From Chloroflexota bacterium (GTDB taxonomy: Bacteria > Chloroflexota > Limnocylindria > Limnocylindrales > CSP1-4): a DNA stretch of 64,000 bases. Location: NCBI GenBank assembly GCA_005889475.1, contig VBGT01000005.1, positions 5,961 to 69,960 on the forward strand, given 5' to 3'. Positions 57,932 to 64,000 of this stretch are shown in pieces. A model generated the notes under the pieces. It saw only the letters and a list, made by a program, of their open reading frames with translations. It did no database searches and was not told the DNA's origin. Numbering within the stretch: the stretch's first letter is position 1; each line of letters begins with the position of its first letter. Position numbers and translations under genes: made by a program.

Positions 57932-58651
57932 ATGGCCATTGCCGCACCACCCTTCGCCGGCTTCTCGCCGGCGGCGATCCAGTTCCTGGCAGACCTGGCC
58001 GTGAACAACGACCGGGCCTGGTTCCAGCCCCGCAAAGCGGAGTACGAGCGGCTGCTCAAGGAGCCGTTCGAGGCAATGGTCGCCGCCCTCGCGGAGCGCC
58101 TCGAGGCCCGCGGCGTGCCCATGCTCGCCGATCCGAAGCGCTCGCCGTTCCGGATCTATCGGGACACCCGCTTCAGCAAGGACAAGTCACCGTACAAGAG
58201 CCACCTGGGCGCCTCGTTCCCGTGGGTCGAGGATGCGCCCGGAACGGAGGCCGGCGGCGGCCATGACGAGCGCGTCCACGGCAACGGTGGCTACTTCCAC
58301 TTCCAGCCGGGCGAGATGTTCGTCGGTGGCGGCATGTGGCAGATGGAGAAGCCGCGCCTTGACGCCTTTCGCAATACCGTGCGCGACGATCCCGACCGGG
58401 TCCGCGACGCGCTCGAGGACAAGACGTTCGTCGCCTGGTTCGACGATGCTCACCCCCACGAAGAGCTGAAGCGCTTCCCACCGGGATATCCGCAGGACCA
58501 CCCGCTCGCCCGGATGTTCCTGTGGAAGGACGTCGTGTTTGGGCGGCGCCTCAGCGACGACGAGGTCCTCTCGCCGGACCTTCCGGATCGTCTCGCCGAG
58601 GGGTACGCCGCGGCCGCTCCGGTCTTCCGCTTCCTGGCAGCGCTCGACTGA
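57932..58651 (+). CDS. DUF2461 (TIGR02453) family protein
   Basis: FSPAAIQFLADLAVNNDRAWFQPRKAEYERLLKEPF...FRIYRDTRFSKDKSPYK is characteristic of the family. Confidence 0.85.
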   Translation: MAIAAPPFAGFSPAAIQFLADLAVNNDRAWFQPRKAEYERLLKEPFEAMVAALAERLEARGVPMLADPKRSPFRIYRDTRFSKDKSPYKSHLGASFPWVEDAPGTEAGGGHDERVHGNGGYFHFQPGEMFVGGGMWQMEKPRLDAFRNTVRDDPDRVRDALEDKTFVAWFDDAHPHEELKRFPPGYPQDHPLARMFLWKDVVFGRRLSDDEVLSPDLPDRLAEGYAAAAPVFRFLAALD

Positions 58652-59673
58652 GATCCACACTCTCCCAGCGCGCGCTGAATCGAGCGCTTCTCGCGCGGCA
58701 GCTGCTGCTCGAGCGATCGACGGGCTCGATCGTCGACGCGGTCGAGCAGGTGGGTGGGCTGCAGACGCAGTACGCACCGTCGGGGTACGTCGGGCTGTGG
58801 ACGCGGGTCGCCGGGTTCGAGCGTGACGACCTGACCCGGGCGCTCGAGGACCGGAGCCTCGTCCAGGCGTCGCTCATGCGCACGACAATCCACGTCGTCA
58901 CGCGTCGCGAGTACTGGCTGTTCGCGAACGGCATCCGCCGGTCCCGGCAGGAATGGGTGGCTCGGATCGGGGCGCTCCCGCCCGAGCGAACAGTGAGCAC
59001 GAACGCCGAGCGGCTGCGCGATGCCCTCCGCGACGGCCCGAAGACCGTCAAGGAGCTGGGTGACCTGGCGAAGGGCTTCGTCGGCACGCTCGGCCTCTGG
59101 GTCGACCTCGTCCGGGTGCCGCCGTCGGGGACCTGGGAGCGGCGCCGTGCGGACCGTCTCGCCCTCGCCGAGGACTGGGTTGGTCCGAACGACAGCACCG
59201 AAGCGGAGGGCCTCGAGCACCTGGTCCGTGCGTACCTGCGAGCGTTCGGGCCGGCGACGTGGAAGGACGTGGGCTCGTGGGCCGGCGTGAGCCTCGCCGA
59301 CGCGAAGCGGGCAGGGGAGGGTCTCGCCCTCGCGACCTATCGCGACGAGCGAGGGAGCGAGCTGGTCGACCTCGAGGACGGGCCGCTTCCGGACGAGACC
59401 ATCGAGGCGCCCGTCCGCTTCCTGCCGCATTGGGACGCGAACCTGCTCGTCCACGCCCGTCGGACCGGGCTGCTGCCCGAGGCCCACCGGCCGCGCGTGT
59501 TCTCCACGAAGAACCCGTTCTCGGTTGGCGTCTACCTGGTCGATGGGCGAGCGGCCGGCGCGTGGTCGCTCGTGGATGGACGGATCGCCCTCGACCCGTT
59601 CGAGGACCTGTCGAAGGGCGACGAGCGTGCCGTCGAGCGGGAGCGCGCGGCGCTCGAGGCGTTCCATTCCTGA
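58648..59673 (+). CDS. winged-helix DNA glycosylase AlkZ-like / YcaQ (DUF1006) family protein (start inferred at the CTG in a CTGA overlap; only upstream canonical start is GTG 58522)
   Basis: LSQRALNRALLARQLLLERS...VEQVGGLQTQYAPSGYVGLWTRV...LMRTTIHVV pattern of the family. Confidence 0.8.
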   Translation: MRSTLSQRALNRALLARQLLLERSTGSIVDAVEQVGGLQTQYAPSGYVGLWTRVAGFERDDLTRALEDRSLVQASLMRTTIHVVTRREYWLFANGIRRSRQEWVARIGALPPERTVSTNAERLRDALRDGPKTVKELGDLAKGFVGTLGLWVDLVRVPPSGTWERRRADRLALAEDWVGPNDSTEAEGLEHLVRAYLRAFGPATWKDVGSWAGVSLADAKRAGEGLALATYRDERGSELVDLEDGPLPDETIEAPVRFLPHWDANLLVHARRTGLLPEAHRPRVFSTKNPFSVGVYLVDGRAAGAWSLVDGRIALDPFEDLSKGDERAVERERAALEAFHS

Positions 59674-59760
59674 GGGCACCGCCGGCGATTGATCCCCGAC
59701 GGGGTGCCGTGCCCCGCGATCGCGGGGCGGACGGTACGATGCCCGCCGGATGACCTGCCC

Positions 59761-61404
59761 GTGACAGACGCCCAGGCGCCCCGACGCGCCGGACGCCGCG
59801 AGTGGCTCGGACTCGGGGTCCTCGCGCTCGCCTGCCTGCTCTACGTGATGGACCTCACGGTCCTGCATCTCGCCGTGCCCGCGATCAGCGCTCATCTGCG
59901 CCCGACCAGCGTCGAGCTGCTCTGGATCATCGACGTCTACGGGTTCATGGTCGCCGGCTTCCTGATCACGATGGGCACGCTCGGTGACCGCATCGGCCGG
60001 CGCCGCCTCCTGCTCGTCGGAGCGGCCGCCTTCGGCGGCGTCTCGATCCTGGCCGCATTCTCGACCAGCCCAACGATGCTGATCGCCAGCCGGGCCCTGC
60101 TCGGCATCGCCGGCGCGACCATCGCGCCCTCGACGCTGTCGCTCATCTTCGCGATGTTCGAGGACCCAAAGCAGCGTGCGACCGCGATCGGCGTCTGGGT
60201 GTCCGCGTTCTCTGCCGGGAGCGCGATCGGCCCGGTTCTCGGCGGCGTGCTCCTCGAGCACTTCTGGTGGGGCTCGGTGTTCCTGCTCGCGGTGCCGGTG
60301 ATGGCGGTCCTGCTCGTGCTCGGGCCGCGGGTGCTGCCCGAGTACCGCGCCCCCAACGCGGGGCGGCTGGACCTCATCGGATCGGCGATGTCCCTGGTCG
60401 CCGTGCTGTCGCTGATCCTCGGGCTGAAGCTCACCGCCCAGGACGGCCCGAGCCCGCTCTCGATCGCGGCGCTGGCGATCGGCCTCGTGGTGGGAGCGGC
60501 CTGGGTGCGCCGTCAGCTGGGCGCGAGCGACCCGATGTTCGACCTCCGGCTGTTCCGCATCCCGACGTTCAGCGCATCGCTCGTCGTCAGCCTGCTCACG
60601 GTATTCGTCGCCATCGGCTACTTCCTCTTCGTAGCGCAGTACCTCCAGCTCGTCCTCGGCCTGTCCCCGTTGGCCGCGGGCCTGTGGTCGCTCCCCGAGG
60701 CCATCGGGTTCATCGTCGCGTCGAATCTCGGGCCGCGGATCGTCCGACGGGTCAAGCCGGCCCACCTCATCAGCGGCGGGTTGGCCGTGGCGGCCGTGGG
60801 CCTGGTGATCCTCAGCCAGGTGACGACCTCGACGTCGAGCGGCCTCGCCATCGTCGTCGTCGCGTCGCTCGTCGTGTCACTCGGCCTGGCGCCGATCTTC
60901 GGGCTCACGACCGACCTGATCGTGAGCACCGCGCCACCGGAGCGGGCGGGTGCGGCCGCGGGCATGTCCGAGACATTCTTCGAGCTCGGCGGCGCGCTCG
61001 GGCTCGCCCTCCTCGGGACCGTCGGCATCGTCATCTATCGGTCCCGTCTTCCGGAGTCCCTACCCGCCTCGATCCCGGCCGCGGCCGCTGCCGCGGCTCG
61101 CGACACGCTCGGCGGCGCTCGCGACGTCGCCGCCCAGCTGCCGGCCGCGCAGGGCGAGGCGCTGCTCAACGCCGCCCGCGTGGCCTTCGTCGCCGGGATG
61201 CAGTTCGCCGCCGTGATCAGCGTCGCTGTCGCGATCGCGGTCGCCCTCTTCGCCCTCCGCTTCCTGCACACCATTCCCGCAACTGGCGACGAGCCGCCGA
61301 CGGAGGAGGGCGCGGCAGCTCTCACGCCGGGCGTACCGTGCAAGCGGCCCGACGGCCACGTTCCACACCGAATCGGCCGGCCGCTGCCGGAATCCTCGCC
61401 GTGA
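59761..61404 (+). CDS. MFS transporter, DHA2 (EmrB/QacA-like, 14-TMS) drug-exporter family
   Basis: LGDRIGRRRLLLVG motif, many TM helices, about 547 aa from GTG 59761. Confidence 0.9.
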   Translation: MTDAQAPRRAGRREWLGLGVLALACLLYVMDLTVLHLAVPAISAHLRPTSVELLWIIDVYGFMVAGFLITMGTLGDRIGRRRLLLVGAAAFGGVSILAAFSTSPTMLIASRALLGIAGATIAPSTLSLIFAMFEDPKQRATAIGVWVSAFSAGSAIGPVLGGVLLEHFWWGSVFLLAVPVMAVLLVLGPRVLPEYRAPNAGRLDLIGSAMSLVAVLSLILGLKLTAQDGPSPLSIAALAIGLVVGAAWVRRQLGASDPMFDLRLFRIPTFSASLVVSLLTVFVAIGYFLFVAQYLQLVLGLSPLAAGLWSLPEAIGFIVASNLGPRIVRRVKPAHLISGGLAVAAVGLVILSQVTTSTSSGLAIVVVASLVVSLGLAPIFGLTTDLIVSTAPPERAGAAAGMSETFFELGGALGLALLGTVGIVIYRSRLPESLPASIPAAAAAAARDTLGGARDVAAQLPAAQGEALLNAARVAFVAGMQFAAVISVAVAIAVALFALRFLHTIPATGDEPPTEEGAAALTPGVPCKRPDGHVPHRIGRPLPESSP

Positions 61405-61862
61405 GCGCTTCCGTGCGCTTCAGGACGACGATCCTCCAGGCCGGCAAGACGGCGATGGGCTTCGAGGTACCCGCGGATGCGGTCGATGCGCTGGGTGCCG
61501 GCAAGCGGCCGCCCGTGAAGGTCACGATCAACGGCTACACGTACCGAAGCTCGATCGCCGTGCTCCAGGGGCGGTACATGATCGGCGTCAGCGCCGAGAA
61601 CCGCGGTCCCGCGGGAGTCACGGCGGATGACGAGGTCGAGGTCCAGCTCGAGCTCGACACGGCGCCGCGAGAGGTCACGATCCCGCCCGACCTGGCAGCG
61701 GCGCTCGATGCCGAACCTGACGCACGGCGCACGTTCGACGCGCTGTCCTACTCGAACAAATCGTGGCACACCAGCCAGGTCGCAGGCGCGAAGACGCCGG
61801 AGACCCGCAGCCGGCGCATCGACAAGTCGATCGCGGCGCTCAAGGAGGGCAGGGTCCGATGA
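61401..61862 (+). CDS. DUF1905 / YdeI-OmpD-associated family protein
   Basis: FRTTILQAGKTAMGFEVPADAVDALGAGKRPPVKVTINGYTYRSSIAV... plus C-terminal YdeI-like helices; GTGA overlap with the MFS stop. Confidence 0.8.
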   Translation: MSASVRFRTTILQAGKTAMGFEVPADAVDALGAGKRPPVKVTINGYTYRSSIAVLQGRYMIGVSAENRGPAGVTADDEVEVQLELDTAPREVTIPPDLAAALDAEPDARRTFDALSYSNKSWHTSQVAGAKTPETRSRRIDKSIAALKEGRVR

Positions 61863-63088
61863 CGCCCGTCACGTATCACGTTCCCGGCGGGGTGCTGACC
61901 GAGCGCGAGCACCAGGTGCCCCTCGACCATGCTCGGCCCGACGGCGAGAGGATCACCGTCTTCAGCCGCGAGCTCGCCGCGCCCGATGGCCTCGATCGCC
62001 CATACCTGATCTTCCAGCAGGGCGGTCCCGGCGGCGAAGCGACCCGACCGACGGCCCCGCCATCGGGCTGGCAGAAGCGAGCGATCGCCGATTACCGCGT
62101 CCTGCTCATCGACCAGCGCGGGACGGGCCGGAGCACGCCGGTCGGCGACATCCCCGGCGCGACCCCCGCGGAGCAGGCCGCGTACATGACCCACATGCGC
62201 GCCGACGCGATCGTCCGCGATGCCGAGCTGATCCGCCAGGAGCTGGGCGTCGACCGCTGGAGCATCCTCGGCCAGAGTTTCGGCGGCTTCTGCACGATGA
62301 CCTACCTGTCGTTCTTTCCGGGAGGCCTGCGCGAGGCGTTCCTCACCGGCGGCCTGTCGCCGATCGCGCGGCCGGTCGACGACATCTACTCGGCCACGTA
62401 CGTCCGTCTCATCGAGAGGAACCACGCGTACTTCGAGCGCTATCCAGATGACCGGCAGCGGCTCCGGGACATCCTGGGCCGGCTCGACGACGAGGACATC
62501 CGGCTCCCGTCCGGCGACCGACTCACCTCGCGCCGCTTCCTGCAGATGGGCAACAAGCTCGGCGACAGCGCCGGCTTCGAGCTCATCCACCACGTCCTGG
62601 AGCTGCCGTTCGCGTCGAGGGCGTTCCTGGCCGACGCGGAGGACACGAACCGGTTCGGCCGGAACCCGATCTACGCGACCCTGCACGAGTCGTCATACGC
62701 CGACGGCGTGCCGACGCGCTGGTCAGCCGAGCGGCTCTTGCCCGACGAGGTCGCCTCGGAGCGGTACTTCACGGCCGAGCACGTCTTCCGCTGGATGTGG
62801 CAGGACTACGGCGAGCTGCGCTCCCATCGCGACGCGGCCGAGCTCCTCGCCGAGCATCCCTGGCCGAAGCTGTACGACGCGGCGCAGCTCGCCCACAACG
62901 AGGTGCCGGTCGCCGCGACGATCTACGTCAACGACCTGTACGTCGAGCGCCGGTTCGCGGAGGAGACGGCGAGCCAGATCCGCGGGCTCCGGCCATGGAT
63001 CACCAATGAGTACGAGCACAACGGGCTGCGCGCCGACGGTGAGCGCGTGCTCGGCCGGCTGATCGACCTGGCCCGCGGTCGCGCCTGA
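61859..63088 (+). CDS. alpha/beta hydrolase, prolyl aminopeptidase-like
   Basis: QQGGPGGE oxyanion region, IDQRGTGRS, nucleophile elbow GQSFGG; ATGA overlap with the upstream gene. Confidence 0.85.
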   Translation: MTPVTYHVPGGVLTEREHQVPLDHARPDGERITVFSRELAAPDGLDRPYLIFQQGGPGGEATRPTAPPSGWQKRAIADYRVLLIDQRGTGRSTPVGDIPGATPAEQAAYMTHMRADAIVRDAELIRQELGVDRWSILGQSFGGFCTMTYLSFFPGGLREAFLTGGLSPIARPVDDIYSATYVRLIERNHAYFERYPDDRQRLRDILGRLDDEDIRLPSGDRLTSRRFLQMGNKLGDSAGFELIHHVLELPFASRAFLADAEDTNRFGRNPIYATLHESSYADGVPTRWSAERLLPDEVASERYFTAEHVFRWMWQDYGELRSHRDAAELLAEHPWPKLYDAAQLAHNEVPVAATIYVNDLYVERRFAEETASQIRGLRPWITNEYEHNGLRADGERVLGRLIDLARGRA

Positions 63089-63119
63089 GACCGCTCAAGC
63101 GCCCGCAGGCGCCACCGGC

Positions 63120-64000
63120 TCAGGCCTGGACCGGCACCGAGAGGTCGACGGCGAGGCCACCGGCGATCGCCCCGCTGATCGCGCCGAGCTCGTGGACGCC
63201 GCCGTCGTCGCCGAAGACGTTGTCCCGCGCGAGGCTGACACCGGCGAGGTTCTGCACGCTCTGCTCGTAGCCGGACGTGGCGTAGACCTGGTTGCAGATG
63301 TCCTCGGGCAGGGCGACCTGCGACGTCGCGATCTTGTTGCCCGCATTGGTCGCCTTCTCGAGGCTCGGGTAGACCTCGAAATGGATGTGCGGCCAGCGGC
63401 CCGAGTAGCACGCCGGGAAGATGCTGGTGAAGGTGACGATCCCGTCCGCGCCGGCAGCCTGGACGCCGCGCAGGTAGTTCTCGCTCTGCGCGCTCGATGA
63501 GTAGAGGGAGTACCGGCCGGCCTGGTCGCAGTGCCACAGGTAGACGGCCGCGCCGTCGATCGGGGCACAGCTCTGCGCAATGTCGAGGATTGCGAGCCGG
63601 ATCGTGAGGGGCACGCCGCTGGCCAGGGTCGTCGACGAGCCGAAGCTCGACCGGATGTCCGCGCGCACGACACCGCTCTGGTTGAGCACGTCCGGCCCGT
63701 TCGTGCCGTCGCCCGGGAATGGCCCAGCGGTCTCCTCGGGGATCGTCGCGCACTCGGCGACGCCGGTGCCCGACGTCGCCGCCGAGGTGCCGCTGGTCGC
63801 GCCGGGCGTCGCGCTCGGGATCGCAGGAGCGCAGCCCACCAGCGAGAAGAGCCCGGCGCCGACGGCGCCATAGCCCATCGCCCGGAGCACCTGGCGCCGG
63901 TTGAGCAGGGTCTCGACGTCGAAGGCCAGGCCCTGGTCGAAGACCGGCTCGTCGGGGTGGGGGAGCGGACGGCCTTCGAACGTCCGTGGAATCAGCAGGT
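63120..64000 (-). CDS. secreted intradiol ring-cleavage dioxygenase-like protein (5' end probably outside window)
   Basis: Tat-like NRRQVLRAMG..., lipobox LVGC, YLWHCDQAGRYS and RWPHIHFEV motifs; the frame stays open to the window edge. Confidence 0.8.
   Translation of the reverse strand, partial: LLIPRTFEGRPLPHPDEPVFDQGLAFDVETLLNRRQVLRAMGYGAVGAGLFSLVGCAPAIPSATPGATSGTSAATSGTGVAECATIPEETAGPFPGDGTNGPDVLNQSGVVRADIRSSFGSSTTLASGVPLTIRLAILDIAQSCAPIDGAAVYLWHCDQAGRYSLYSSSAQSENYLRGVQAAGADGIVTFTSIFPACYSGRWPHIHFEVYPSLEKATNAGNKIATSQVALPEDICNQVYATSGYEQSVQNLAGVSLARDNVFGDDGGVHELGAISGAIAGGLAVDLSVPVQA

Overview
This is a very GC-rich chromosomal segment; codon third positions are almost always G or C. No homology search could be run, so every product call rests on motif and family recognition from the supplied translations, plus reading-frame and third-position (GC3) checks done by eye.

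Positions 1-55213 form one long co-directional (+ strand) block of about 56 core genes. In order: yloV-recG-rsmD-coaD, yceD-rpmF-plsX-asp23-nusB-acpP-rnc-smc-ftsY-(lipoprotein)-ffh-(DUF3352-like)-rpsP-KH-rimM-trmD-rplS-rnhB-yraN-rpsB-tsf-pyrH-frr-uppS-cdsA-dxr-rseP-ispG-nusA-ylxR-infB-rbfA-nrnA-truB-ribF-rpsO-pnp-asd-udg-rnj-ftsK-rodZ-like-pncC-murC-like-yajQ. This block ends with a ThDP enzyme, an orphan PAS histidine kinase, a GNAT and OsmC. Sixteen gene junctions are 4-nt ATGA/GTGA stop/start overlaps.

Positions 55.2-64 kb are accessory-like with mixed orientation. They hold a minus-strand operon (BNR beta-propeller, MoaD/ThiS-like GG protein, membrane protein) and a VOC-DUF2461-AlkZ-like-MFS-YdeI cluster. 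A prolyl aminopeptidase-like hydrolase and a partial secreted intradiol-dioxygenase-like gene follow.

I saw no rRNA, tRNA, CRISPR array or mobile element.

The most unusual object is the pnp gene. A complete DEDDh (DnaQ/RNase T-like) 3'-5' exonuclease domain is nested in frame inside the alpha-helical domain of an otherwise canonical PNPase.

Other observations worth a second look:
- Three genes whose conserved N-termini have no canonical start but carry a near-cognate codon exactly in a stop/start overlap (CTGA twice, GTAG once).
- A T8 intrinsic terminator inside the nusA leader, with rimP missing from its usual position.
- Alternative pairings in the rpsO-pnp leader.
- Two unexplained lower-GC structured intergenic regions, upstream of nusB and of asd.
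- Two probable single-nucleotide frameshifts.
- An FtsY lacking a core segment, and a RibF with a degenerate kinase domain.
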